Virus record (IMG/VR): IMGVR_UViG_3300029286_003706
Location: 14,011-78,010 of that record
Origin: a virus
Length of the DNA stretch: 64,000 nucleotides
Direction: 5' to 3' (one strand)
A program made the translations under genes and the position numbers. This document shows, piece by piece, positions 40,287 to 51,764 of the stretch. Under the pieces are notes generated by a model that ran no database searches, was not told the origin of the DNA, and saw nothing but the letters and a program-made list of their open reading frames with translations. Numbering within the stretch: position 1 is the first letter of the stretch; the number at the start of each line of letters is the position of its first letter.

Positions 40287-41415
40287 TATTATTCAAATTA
40301 CAGTAAGCACCAAAGATATTTCTAGATTAAAAGAATATTATGGATTACTTAAAGTTGGAGATATTCAAGATATAAAAATTGATTATTTATCAAAAAATAG
40401 TTCCAGAAAAATTCTTGTAAAATGTGATATTTGTGAAAAAGAAAAAAAATTATCCTATGGTAAGTATAATAAAAATATAAAAAAATATAATATTTATAGT
40501 TGTTCTAATAAATGTTCAATAATAAAAAGAGAAAAAAGTAATTTATTGAAATTTGGATGTAAATATTATTCTCAAACGAATGAATATAAAGATAGATATA
40601 AAAAAACATGTTTAGAAAAATATGGTGTTGAAAACTATTTTCAATCTGAGATAGTAAAAAGTGAAATTAAAGAAGTTAATTTGAAAAAATATGGTGTAGA
40701 ACATCCCACACAGTCAAAATCAATAAGAGATAAAATCAAAATAACGAACGAATCGAAGTCTGATGAAATTAAAAATGAAATGAAAGAAAAAACAAAACAA
40801 TCCAATTTAGAAAAATATGGTGTTGAATATTCTTTTCAATCTGATATAGTAAAGAATAAAATTAAAGAAACCAATTTAAAAAAATATGGTGTTGAATATA
40901 GTTCTCAAAATAAAGACAATAGATCAAAATACAAAATTACTTGTTTGAAAAAATATGGAGTTGATAACGTATCCAAATCCGATGAAATTAAAAAATTAAA
41001 ACAAGATGTTTGTTTAGAAAAATATGGTGTAAATCACACTTCACAAGTTCCTGAATTTTATATTAGTCAACAAAAATCCGGTTATAGATTATTTTTTCAC
41101 GACAATACAAAACTTAATTATAGGGGAACTTATGAAAAACATTTTTTAGATTATTGTTTTGATAATAATATATTAATTGAACGGGGAAAAAGAATAAAAT
41201 ATTTATTCGACAATAAGGAACATTATTATTTTTCTGATTTTTATTATGAACCAAAAAATTTGATTATAGAAATCAAAAGTGATTGGACATATAATAAATA
41301 TAAAATTATCAATGATATAAAAAGAGAAAGTACAGAAAAATTAGGATATAATTATATGTTCATTTTTAATAAAGATTATAAAGAATTTGAAGAAGTAATT
41401 AAATTAAATATATAA
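40273..41415 (+). mobile_element. Putative homing endonuclease (Zn ribbon, KYGV repeats, PD-(D/E)xK domain)
   Basis: VKCDIC, several LEKYGV repeats, GTYE...YFSDFY...IIEIKS. Confidence 0.75.
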
Positions 41416-41434
41416 GAATAAATAAAAATATTAA

Positions 41435-42637
41435 ATGACACAAGAAGAAATATCTGATTTGTTATCATCGATGAATGGTTTTAGCACCAGTTCAGAAAAT
41501 TTAACAAAATCAATAGTAGATGTGAAAACTAAATCATCTCTCATTCCACCTGTTATTACCCCGGAGGATTTTGAACCGAAGGGTAAATTCCCATTTATGA
41601 CAGAAAATCAAATATTAAAAAGAATTATGACTATCGATGCAGGTACAATGCCCGGTATAGATGGTATAAATACACCAAAAGTAACAGAAGAACAAGCTCA
41701 TTTGATAATATATGGTAAACCACCAATTTATGATTCTAACGGGAAAATGATAGATAATGAAATAACAAATCCGGAATGTGTTGACCCAAATAGAAAAATA
41801 CCCGATAATTTCAATCTCAAGAATAAAATAAAAGATATGAAAAAAGAAATTAAGGATTCTATAATGCAGGTTCAATTTAAAGCCAGTGAATTAAGTGAAG
41901 CATTCGTTATGTTAATTGTTAAATTAGGATTGGGAATGGGTGTTATGATAGATTGTTTAACGACAATACCAAAACCAATTATAACTGTTGCATTGGCTGC
42001 CTTACAAGGGATGTTATTGGATATTAGTAATTTTGTATCAAAAACAATGGAAATTACACCATTTTTATTACCATTGTTGTCATTGGCATATTTTTTACCT
42101 AGTATCTCTATGATTAAAACCATTTTTGTTTTAATAACAGTTCCGGTTGACTTATTAAATGGAATTTTACAAGGGGTTTCAAAAATATTAATTTTAAAAG
42201 AAATAATTATGAGTTTAATCGGGGCTTTAATATCGGTGGCCACAACTACAATGGTGAATTTAAATCAAACAAATGAAGAAATAAAAACATCATATCCAAC
42301 ATTTGTCGATAACGGAACAGATAACAATCTTATTTATTTGGAAAAAGAATTAGTTCAAGAACAAATTAAAACACCAGTAGATGATCAAAAAGTAGAAAAG
42401 TTAAATAAATGGATAAATGATATAAAAATAAATCAAACCCAAATAAAAGAACTTACAAATATTGATAATTTAAAAACAGTCAAAAGGGATCAATTAAATA
42501 ATAATTTAACATCTATCAGTACAATAAATGATAAATTATATAAAAAGATGGAAGATGATTACAATAAAAAGCAACAAGAAATAGAACAATTTCTTGTTCT
42601 AAAACTTCAAAAAAATACTTATGAAATTTGGGATTAA
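41435..42637 (+). CDS. Hypothetical late protein with a long hydrophobic core
   Basis: 400 aa with a central aliphatic stretch and coiled-coil tail. Confidence 0.6.
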   Translation: MTQEEISDLLSSMNGFSTSSENLTKSIVDVKTKSSLIPPVITPEDFEPKGKFPFMTENQILKRIMTIDAGTMPGIDGINTPKVTEEQAHLIIYGKPPIYDSNGKMIDNEITNPECVDPNRKIPDNFNLKNKIKDMKKEIKDSIMQVQFKASELSEAFVMLIVKLGLGMGVMIDCLTTIPKPIITVALAALQGMLLDISNFVSKTMEITPFLLPLLSLAYFLPSISMIKTIFVLITVPVDLLNGILQGVSKILILKEIIMSLIGALISVATTTMVNLNQTNEEIKTSYPTFVDNGTDNNLIYLEKELVQEQIKTPVDDQKVEKLNKWINDIKINQTQIKELTNIDNLKTVKRDQLNNNLTSISTINDKLYKKMEDDYNKKQQEIEQFLVLKLQKNTYEIWD

Positions 42638-42645
42638 ATCATATT

Positions 42646-43569
42646 TTAGAATAAGATACTAGAATTATTATTCCACCTTGTATATAATTTGCAATCTGGT
42701 CTGAGAATAAGATATTTAATATCTTCTTTTACATCTTCGATATTTTTTGTTTCCCCCATACAATTATCATCAACAACAGTTGATAACCCATCAACGGAAA
42801 ATCTTACAGCACCAAATGATAATCTTTCAAGGGGATTACCGTTCTTTAAAATATAATCGTTTATTTGTTTCATATATTCATCAGAACACCTATTTTCAAG
42901 AATCCAATTGTTGATTTCTTTTTCTTCATCTGTTTTTGGATTGTTGACATAATATAGAACCCTGAATGTTATTTGATTTGCACTCAATTCTTTAGCTTTC
43001 TGAAAAATTTGTTTCGGTGTGATGTCCAATCTTTCATAAAGATTTGTCATATTAATAGACAATCTTAATGTAAAATTATATTTCTTGATGGCCTTACATG
43101 TTTCAGTAATATCAACGAAAGCCTTTTTGTTTTTATATAAAGAATTGTTTTCTGAATCAAAAATATCAAAAAGACTAAGTGATATGATTTTAATTCTCAC
43201 ATAATTTCTCAACCAACGTAAGTTTTCTTCACCCCCGTTATCAGCCTTATTGAGTAAAAAACAACCACTTGTTTGAAGTTCACATTTAACAAATGGACTT
43301 GGGAGTGATTTGTTGATTTCAACAACAGTTCCCATAAATTCCTTATTTATTAAACATTCACCATTTTCTCCAGTGAAAATAAGGTCATTACAATCGTTAT
43401 CCCGAGCGTATCTTAAAGCATCCTGATAATCTCTTCGGTATAAATCTTCAAATTGTAAATTTTTTCCCAATTCATTTTTATATGGACTATCGTGAAGTTT
43501 AGATACACAACACGCACAATTGTTTGGACATCCACCGGGAACTAAAATTGATAAACTTTGTGGTTTCAT
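42646..43569 (-). CDS. Radical SAM protein
   Basis: CPNNCACC (CX3CX2C), FTG..GE, LQTSG. Confidence 0.85.
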   Translation of the reverse strand: MKPQSLSILVPGGCPNNCACCVSKLHDSPYKNELGKNLQFEDLYRRDYQDALRYARDNDCNDLIFTGENGECLINKEFMGTVVEINKSLPSPFVKCELQTSGCFLLNKADNGGEENLRWLRNYVRIKIISLSLFDIFDSENNSLYKNKKAFVDITETCKAIKKYNFTLRLSINMTNLYERLDITPKQIFQKAKELSANQITFRVLYYVNNPKTDEEKEINNWILENRCSDEYMKQINDYILKNGNPLERLSFGAVRFSVDGLSTVVDDNCMGETKNIEDVKEDIKYLILRPDCKLYTRWNNNSSILF

Positions 43570-43572
43570 AAA

Positions 43573-44487
43573 TTAATTCTTGTTTTTATTATCATAAAAA
43601 GTAACCGCTTTGTATATTCGTTCTGTATCTTTCTTACTACAAGGATATGTGTGATCCCAAATATAAAACCCATTGACAATTTTTAACCAGTTGAACGGAT
43701 ATGGTTTAGATAAAATGTAAACAACCGATTCACTCACATTGTAGAGTTGACAAAGTTTAGAAAAATCGATTGAAATTCCGTTGGCAATTCCATTTTTCAT
43801 ATATCTCTTATTCAATTGAAGTTTTCCGGTCAAATCAATGATAAAATTACGATAATTTTGTATTTCTTCACTTTCTGTTAGAGCAACCCATTGATTAGGA
43901 TTAATTTCCTTTGATTTTACCCTTTTAATTTTTTGTGATTGATTCCTTAATTTTCTACTCAAATAAATACAATCTTGCAAAATCAATTCATTGTCGTAGT
44001 TCCATTTAAATATTTCACAACCACCATAATATCTTCCAACTTTTATTGTTGTAATGAAATTGTTAGATTCTAATATAGATGTAGTCAGTTTAACACGACT
44101 ATTTTTCAATATATCGTGAATGAAGTGTGATTTTACCCCATCGTTTAAAGAAATTTCACGAACTTTAATAAGGGCTTTTAAAAACCTTTTCGCTTCATTT
44201 TTTTCTCTTTGTGTACCTTTCAGTATGACATAATCATGAAGAAAAAAATCATGTAATTTTTTAGCGTGTTTTATAGTCGGTTTATCAACCAACCATCTCC
44301 AAGATTCACCATCCCATTTAACAAAATCAAGACCCCGATATAAACAAGTACCCATGACCGGGGATGCATTGTGTTCCAAAAAGATTTCCTTCAATCTTTT
44401 TTGAGGTAATATTTTACCATCTGACTGTTCAAAATAAATTTGATTTAAAACATCAAAATATTTTAAATCCTTTTCTTCGTTTTTCAT
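43573..44487 (-). CDS. Hypothetical early protein with three degenerate internal repeats
   Basis: TAATTTTG upstream (44508-44515, minus strand); a recurring aromatic-x-W motif about every 95-100 aa. Confidence 0.65.
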   Translation of the reverse strand: MKNEEKDLKYFDVLNQIYFEQSDGKILPQKRLKEIFLEHNASPVMGTCLYRGLDFVKWDGESWRWLVDKPTIKHAKKLHDFFLHDYVILKGTQREKNEAKRFLKALIKVREISLNDGVKSHFIHDILKNSRVKLTTSILESNNFITTIKVGRYYGGCEIFKWNYDNELILQDCIYLSRKLRNQSQKIKRVKSKEINPNQWVALTESEEIQNYRNFIIDLTGKLQLNKRYMKNGIANGISIDFSKLCQLYNVSESVVYILSKPYPFNWLKIVNGFYIWDHTYPCSKKDTERIYKAVTFYDNKNKN

Positions 44488-44541
44488 ATCATTTTTTAAA
44501 TCGAATACAAAATTACGAATTATTAATGAATTAAAAAAATT

Positions 44542-44850
44542 TTAAGATAAATCGGAATAACAATTAGGACATGTTTTATCTATTAATTCATCTTTGTTGA
44601 AATGTTCATCACATTCATCACAATAATAATAATGTGTCCAAACATAAACAGCATTCACAACCATTCTTGCATTTTCTCTATCATAAAGACATCCACTTGT
44701 CCAACATTTATTATTTCTTACATCAGGATCATCCTCAAATTCTTTTTTCATTGGATAAATTGAACATGTTAAACATGGACATATTTCATAATCCCATATC
44801 ATTTCTTTACCATTGAAAGATATTTTATTTTGTTTTATTTTATTTTCCAT
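44542..44850 (-). CDS. Cys-rich zinc-ribbon protein
   Basis: CDEC...CPNC. Confidence 0.6.
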   Translation of the reverse strand: MENKIKQNKISFNGKEMIWDYEICPCLTCSIYPMKKEFEDDPDVRNNKCWTSGCLYDRENARMVVNAVYVWTHYYYCDECDEHFNKDELIDKTCPNCYSDLS

Positions 44851-45074
44851 TTTAGACTTTCTTTATGAATGAATGATTTTTCAAAACATTTCGGACATTC
44901 AAAAACAGTAGCCATTCCACCTATATTATGTCCTATTCTTACAACATCATATATGGTTTCACAATGTATGTTTTCAGTTTCCATATCGTGATAACAATAA
45001 GGACATTGTAAAGGCATATCTTGTTCCCGTAAATCCGACAATTCAAAAAATTCTATAAATTCAATTGTTTTCAT
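44835..45074 (-). CDS. Zinc-ribbon protein
   Basis: CPYC...CPKC. Confidence 0.65.
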   Translation of the reverse strand: MKTIEFIEFFELSDLREQDMPLQCPYCYHDMETENIHCETIYDVVRIGHNIGGMATVFECPKCFEKSFIHKESLKWKIK

Positions 45075-45429
45075 TTTTCACTGGTTTTTCTTTCCTATCA
45101 ATGGCATATTCTATCATTTGTTTCTGTATTTCATAAAATTCTTCATCGATGATCGGATGTAATTTTACATAATTTTCTTCCTTTTTCTTATTTGATTTCT
45201 TTGATTCAAGAATACAAGATATTCCCCCTTTTCGAAAAAATATCCAATTACAAATTTTTAGTTCGTGTTCACCCCTTCGAAAAACGACATTATCTAATTT
45301 CCTTTTACCTAAATATTCACCATAAAATGCATAAATATCAGTTTCATCTTGATCGAACTCAAATGAAATACCAACTTTTTTCAAATCGGATAAACACTTT
45401 TGTAAAAATTTATTTTGTATATCTATCAT
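45061..45429 (-). CDS. Hypothetical protein
   Basis: Operon ORF. Confidence 0.6.
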   Translation of the reverse strand: MIDIQNKFLQKCLSDLKKVGISFEFDQDETDIYAFYGEYLGKRKLDNVVFRRGEHELKICNWIFFRKGGISCILESKKSNKKKEENYVKLHPIIDEEFYEIQKQMIEYAIDRKEKPVKNENN

Positions 45430-45848
45430 AATTTTTCAGATTCTTGTTTCCACTTTTTTATTTGTTTTGGTATTTCTACTTCATATAATGGACTTACTCC
45501 ATTTTGCAAATTGTAAATTTTGTTATGATAATATGTTACCGCTTTTGGATTGTACCATATAATAATACCCCATTCACGAAAATCTTTTTGAGGAAACAAC
45601 CAATTCATAAATTTGATATGGGATTTCAACCCTTTGTTTGAATATGAAAAATTTGGATGAAATTTACCCCAAGAATCAAATTGTCGTTCATAGTAATATT
45701 CTTTTGATTGTAATAAAATCAATTTTTGAATATTAGAATTTGATTGGTTATCCTGATTTTCAATTGTTATTTTCTTATACCTATATTGAATTATCCTTAT
45801 ATGAATAATTGCAAATGGTATTAGAATTTTATTAAAAAAGTTATTCAT
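45426..45848 (-). CDS. Hypothetical protein
   Basis: Operon ORF. Confidence 0.55.
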   Translation of the reverse strand: MNNFFNKILIPFAIIHIRIIQYRYKKITIENQDNQSNSNIQKLILLQSKEYYYERQFDSWGKFHPNFSYSNKGLKSHIKFMNWLFPQKDFREWGIIIWYNPKAVTYYHNKIYNLQNGVSPLYEVEIPKQIKKWKQESEKL

Positions 45849-45850
45849 AG

Positions 45851-46051
45851 TTATTTCTTTTTTTCAATTGTTTCGAAATCATCACATTTATTCCAACCCC
45901 ATTCAACCATATCCATACTTTCTATATAATCAGGACCATCCCACCACCCTCTATGGCAAAAACAATTTATAATAGAAGTTTTCTTTTTAGGATTTTCTAA
46001 AGTCCCCAAATCTAAACAGGATTTACATTTTAAACATTTAATCATTTCCAT
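45851..46051 (-). CDS. Small Cys-rich protein
   Basis: CLKC...C.C...CDDF. Confidence 0.55.
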   Translation of the reverse strand: MEMIKCLKCKSCLDLGTLENPKKKTSIINCFCHRGWWDGPDYIESMDMVEWGWNKCDDFETIEKKK

Positions 46052-46063
46052 AAATTTAATTTT

Positions 46064-46840
46064 TTATATATTTAAAATTAATAATTCATCTGATACTTGC
46101 AAACAATCAATAAAAGTTACACTTGTATCATTTTCTTCTTTTCCAAATGATTTATGTGTTATAATATTTGGAACATTACTATGTCCTACAATTTGATGAA
46201 ATCCAAATAAAGGTTTTTCATAAATTTCTTGTTTATCCGACCAAAGAGGACCACCCACTTTTCTACCCCATCCACCTTTTGTTCTGGCAGCTGAACACAT
46301 AAATATATCATCATCTTGAAATTCCCACATCATATTACAAACATCTGAAATTGTTTCATTTCCATTCAAATATTTGTGAAATCTATTTTCTTTATTACCT
46401 TTCATTTTTGGTCTAACATAGTGTTCCCACCACCCTCGATGAATTCCGGCGTGTGTCCAAATATAATTTTCATACTGATATGAAAATTGAAACAATCTGT
46501 AATTGGTTCTAAATATTTGATTCAAATCATGTAACATCTCATCTCTTGATCCGGTGACATTATCTCTACCATAATTCATAGTATAATAATAAACATCATG
46601 ATTACCCCACAATAGAACAACCTTATCTTCGAAATCTTTTTTGAATTTTATGATTTCTAATAAATTTTCAACAATTGGTTCATCAGTATCATATGAATCC
46701 ACATAATCACCCACAAAAACAACTTTATCGTATTTCTGCATAGTTATATTGATAACTTCTTTTGTTGGTGTAGTTGTACCAAATAAGAGAAGTTTCCAAC
46801 GATTTGAACCGTGAATATCACCAATTGATATAAATTTCAT
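46064..46840 (-). CDS. Calcineurin-like metallophosphoesterase
   Basis: GDIHG, GDYVD, GNHD, THAG, GHS. Confidence 0.92.
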   Translation of the reverse strand: MKFISIGDIHGSNRWKLLLFGTTTPTKEVINITMQKYDKVVFVGDYVDSYDTDEPIVENLLEIIKFKKDFEDKVVLLWGNHDVYYYTMNYGRDNVTGSRDEMLHDLNQIFRTNYRLFQFSYQYENYIWTHAGIHRGWWEHYVRPKMKGNKENRFHKYLNGNETISDVCNMMWEFQDDDIFMCSAARTKGGWGRKVGGPLWSDKQEIYEKPLFGFHQIVGHSNVPNIITHKSFGKEENDTSVTFIDCLQVSDELLILNI

Positions 46841-47026
46841 ATTTTTCTTTTTTTATTTAACTATCAGAATATTCCCACGACCCACAATTTAAACATTCAT
46901 AAGCGATTCCACTTTTAGCTAAAACCATTCTTTTTCCACAACAATAAGAACCATCACCCTCATCTTCTTCTAACGATTTAAATCTTTCCTTGTCGGTATC
47001 ATCGAAATTATCAATATTATTTTCTT

Positions 47027-47422
47027 TTACCATTTTATTTCAGTTGTAGTTGTTTTGAAACCATAATTTGCCGAATACTTCCATATATATCTACATTCAT
47101 TCAATACTTTTTCTTCTTTTACTGTTAATTCTATACTTTCATCATCGGAATGTAACGGAAGAATATCTCTGATGAAAGTGGATAATTTTAAAATTTCAGG
47201 GATTATTTCATCATTTTCATCATCGATTTCATTATTTTTCAAAAAATCTGATACATCATTTATAATTTTTTTATATTCCATACTAATCATTTGATCCAAT
47301 GTTTCTTGGGATCTTTGATGAATCAATTTTTTAACTAATCGAAATGGTTGAACTTCCAATTTAAGATAACTAATATCCAGAATGATTGATTTATCGTTCC
47401 AAATGTTAAAATTTCCATTCAT
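47027..47422 (-). CDS. Hypothetical early protein
   Basis: TAATTTTG at 47449-47456 (minus strand). Confidence 0.6.
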   Translation of the reverse strand: MNGNFNIWNDKSIILDISYLKLEVQPFRLVKKLIHQRSQETLDQMISMEYKKIINDVSDFLKNNEIDDENDEIIPEILKLSTFIRDILPLHSDDESIELTVKEEKVLNECRYIWKYSANYGFKTTTTEIKW

Positions 47423-47534
47423 AATATGTATTTTTTAGAATTATGATACAAAATTACAAATGTTCAATGATAAAAAAAAATTTTAATGAATAAAAAACTT
47501 TCAACTTTATTAATAAAAAAAATATATACATAAA

Positions 47535-49070
47535 ATGATATTAACAAAAAATATAAAAGTTGGGATATGTTTTAATAATATTAATCATTATAAACAATAT
47601 TTTGATAATTTAAAAATTGGTGATAAAATAGAAATTCCAATAGAAAAATTATCACCGGGTAGTCATTTGAAAATTTTATCCAAATGTGATATTTGTGGTG
47701 TAGAAAAAAATATTCCATATAGAGATTATTTAAATAGTTTTAATAACGGAAATTATTTCTGTTGTAATAAATGTGCATTAGAAAAAAGAAGAAAAACTAA
47801 ATTGGAAAAATATAACGATGCAGGATATCATAATATTGAAAAAATGAAAAAAACCAATTTAGAAATATATGGTTTTGAAAACGTTTTCCAAAACGAAGAT
47901 ATTAAAGATAAAATAAAAGAAACTTGTTACAAAAAATATAAAGTTAAATTTACATCTCAAACAAATATTGTCAAAGAAAAAACAAAAGAAACTTGTTACA
48001 AAAAATATAAATACCATCACCATTTAAAAAATGTAGAAATATTAAATAAGCTATATAGTACAAATTTAGAAAGATACAAAAATAAATTTTATCTTAAATC
48101 AACTATTTATAAAAATAAAAGAGTGAATTTTTTGTTGGAAAATTATAATTTAAATGTTATAAATTTTGATAAATCTGTTTATACAATAAAATGTGATATT
48201 TGTAATAAAGAATATAATATAAAAAATAGTTTGATGCTTCAAAGAATTTTATATAAAACAAAAATGTGTGTTTTGTGCAATCCGATTAATTCTTATTGTG
48301 AAAGTGGAAAAGAAAATCAACTATCAAATTTTATTAAAAGTTTTTGTGATAATATAATATTAAATGATAGACATTTAATAAAAGAATTAGATATTTATTT
48401 ACCGAATTTGAAATTGGCATTTGAGTTTAACGGAATATACTGGCATAGTGAATTAAATGTTGATAAAAATTATCATCTAAATAAAACTGAATTATGTGAA
48501 CAACATGGGATTCATTTAATTCATATTTATGAAGATGATTGGATATATAAACAAGAAATAGTTAAATCTAAAATACTCGATTTATTAGATAAAATACCAA
48601 ATAAAATTTATGCTAGAAAATGTGAAATTAGAGAAATAATAGATAATAAATTAATTTACTGTTTTCTAGAAGAAAACCATCTACAAGGTTTTATTGATTC
48701 ACAAATTAAACTTGGGTTGTTTTATAACGATGAACTGGTTTCTTTAATGATTTTCAGTGAACAACCAGATGGTATTTATGAAATGTTTAGAGTTTGTAAT
48801 AAAAATTATATATCAGTTATCGGGGGTTTTAATAAATTGTTCAAATATTTTGTCGAAAAATATAAACCAAAAGAAATTATTAGTTATGTTGATAGATCGT
48901 GGAGTAAAGGCGATTTATATTATAAATTAGGATTTACTTATATTAGTAAAACATCACCCAATTATTATTGTGTAATTGATGGTAAGAAATCAAATGGTGA
49001 TATAATAGACGAAAGAAAAAATTATCACATTTATGATAGTGGAAATTTAAAATTTGTTTATTTTATCTAG
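47535..49070 (+). mobile_element. Putative homing endonuclease, paralogue of 4481 and 49883, with C-terminal deletions
   Basis: KCDIC, KY repeats, ELDIYLPNLKLAFEFNGIYWH. Confidence 0.7.
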
Positions 49071-49830
49071 CCATTCTAAACCAAGAAACTGTCGTTTGAC
49101 CCTTTATTTCTTCGTTAACTTTATCTACCATAGACTGACCACCACTTATAATATCTTGAGCATTATAGTTGAAATTACCCGGCATATTAAAATTAAAACG
49201 ACCAATCTGTTCGCCCATTCTAACTCTACACAACCCAATACAATATCTTTTAAACATTTCAAAATCAAACAATTCTTCTTCTTGAATTCTAACCCACACT
49301 TCTAACATATGATTGGATTCACCGGGATATGATTCTAAACTACCCAAAAAATTAAGTTGTTTGTTTATTGGGTTAAAACTAAATTTAACAGTATCTTTTG
49401 TCATTTTATTTATTTCATCGGAAAAATAACTGATTACTGAACGATAGAGTGCGAGGTCCCCCGCAGTGGTTACAAAGCTAGTTAAGAAAGGCTGATTTGT
49501 AACCCCCAAATTAATAGATAGATTTGGTGCTTGAATACCAATTCTAAATAAAGATAAATCATTTATTTTTATAATTCTTGTTATATTTTCAACTTCTTCT
49601 GGCATGATTAAATATTTGAATCTAGAATATGTGTCCCTCAACAACATGTCTTTTTTCATAAAATAATAAAATTTTTGAAGAGAAAATTGATAATTTTTAT
49701 AGAAATATTCTAGGGCTAATTCTTTCACTACACGTTTTACTTCTTTATCAACCAAAACTTTTGGTAGTGCACCAGAAAACGTCAAGTCGGCTTGTATGAT
49801 GTCTATTAATTGTTCAATTGTTATTGACAT
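49063..49830 (-). CDS. Neck/head-completion protein (T4 gp13-like)
   Basis: 255 aa; ALEYFY, FSFNPINKQL, KRYC...G..IGRFNFNMPGNFNYN..DI...G pattern; AATATATA upstream. Confidence 0.65.
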   Translation of the reverse strand: MSITIEQLIDIIQADLTFSGALPKVLVDKEVKRVVKELALEYFYKNYQFSLQKFYYFMKKDMLLRDTYSRFKYLIMPEEVENITRIIKINDLSLFRIGIQAPNLSINLGVTNQPFLTSFVTTAGDLALYRSVISYFSDEINKMTKDTVKFSFNPINKQLNFLGSLESYPGESNHMLEVWVRIQEEELFDFEMFKRYCIGLCRVRMGEQIGRFNFNMPGNFNYNAQDIISGGQSMVDKVNEEIKGQTTVSWFRMAR

Positions 49831-49882
49831 AAACTTTAAATGTTTTTATTTATATATTAATTTTATAAAGACAAAAACTCAA

Positions 49883-51745
49883 ATGATATTAGATAAGGAA
49901 GTAAAAATAACAATTAATCCAAAAGTAGATAGGACATATTTCAAATTGGATTATTATGACATTAATATTGTGAAAGATCCATTTCAAATTTTTATTAAAA
50001 TGGAAGATTTAAATAAAAGTTCTAGGATTAAGATAAATGTAAAATGTGATGTTTGTAATAATGAAAAAATTATTACTTATTTATCATATAATGAAAATAT
50101 AAACAATTATGGTGTTTATGCTTGTTCTCCAAAATGTGCATCTTTTAAAAATAAATTAACAAATAAAGAAAAATATGGTGATGAAAATTTCAATAATAGG
50201 GAAAAAAGTAAGATAACAAATTTAGAAAAATATGGTGTTGATAATGTTCAAAAATATAAAGATATAAAAAATAAGTCTGTTGATACCATTAAAAATAGTT
50301 ATGGTTATGAAGTTATAATGGATAAAGTAAGAAGTAAAGTAAAAGAAAAATATGGAAAAGATCATGCATTACAAGTTGATGAATTATATAAAAAATCTGA
50401 AAATACCAAATTAGAAAAATATGGTGATAAAAATTATAATAATAGAGAATTGTGTAAAAAGACATGTTTAGAAAAATCAGAAATAGAAAAAAACAAAACA
50501 GTTGAAAAAAGAAAAGAAACATGCTTAGAAAGATATAATAAAGAATATTCTATTACTTCTGATATTGTAAAAAATAAAATATTAAAAATATTTAATGAAA
50601 AATATGGTGGAAATACACCATATGCTGATAAGAATTTAAGATTAAAATCTGCTGAAAAATATACTAATGAACATATAAATTATATTAAAGATAATATTAA
50701 AGAATTTCAATGTGAATATATTAATCATAAAAATAAAAATAAAAATAATTGTAATATTGAATATACTTTAAAATGTATTAGGACTAATAAATTATTTACA
50801 ATATCTTATTCAAATTTAAGAATACGAATTTTGAAAAAATTAGAAATTTCACCTTTTTTTAGAGATGAATATGGTAAATCTAATATGGAAAAAGATTTGT
50901 ATAATTTCATTAAAGAAAATTATACAGAAAACATTTTATTAAACAAAAAAGATATAATTAAACCATTAGAAATAGATATTTATCTTCCAGATTTAAAATT
51001 AGCATTTGAATTTAATGGATTATTTTGGCATAACGAAATAAATAAATCAAATGATTATCATTTAGAAAAAACAGAATTTTGTGAACAACAAGGAATACAT
51101 CTGATACATATTTATGAGGATGATTGGATATATAAACAAGAAATAGTTAAATCCAGAATTCTTAATTTACTTGGTAAAACACCAAACAAAATTTATGCTA
51201 GAAAATGTATCATAAAAGAAATTACTGATAATAAATTAGTTTACGAATTTTTAAATACAAATCATCAACAAGGGTTTATTATTTCAAAAATTAAAATAGG
51301 ATTATTTTACGAAAATGAATTAGTATCTTTAATGATTTTTGGAAATCAAAGAATATCAATGGAAACAAAAAGTAAAGAAAACACTTATGAAATATTAAGA
51401 TTTTGTAGTAAATTAAATACATCAGTTATTGGTGGATCTGAAAAATTATTTAAATATTTTATCGAAAATTATAATCCAAAAGAAGTGATTAGTTATGCGG
51501 ATAGATCGTGGAGTCAAGGTGAATTGTATAAAAAATTAAAATTCAATTTCGTTGGTAAAACCCCATCAAATTATTATTATATTGTTGATGGTATTAAAAA
51601 ATACAAATTCGGTTTTAGAAAAGATAAATTAATTCGTGATGGTTTTGATCCAACTAAAACTGAACATGAAATAATGTTGGAAAGAAATATATTTAGAATT
51701 TACGATAGTGGAAGCTTAAAATTCATTTGGAAATTTAATATATAA
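49883..51745 (+). mobile_element. Putative homing endonuclease, paralogue of 4481 and 47535
   Basis: Start re-assigned to MILDKEVKITINP; VKCDVC, EKYG repeats, EIDIYLPDLKLAFEFNGLFWH. Confidence 0.7.
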
Positions 51746-51764
51746 ACTAAATAAAATTTACCTT

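Noticed and set aside
40590-41040. Regularly spaced aaaatatggtgt repeats resembling a CRISPR array
   Set aside because: They are in-frame KYGV peptide repeats inside an endonuclease ORF, short and degenerate; no cas genes are present
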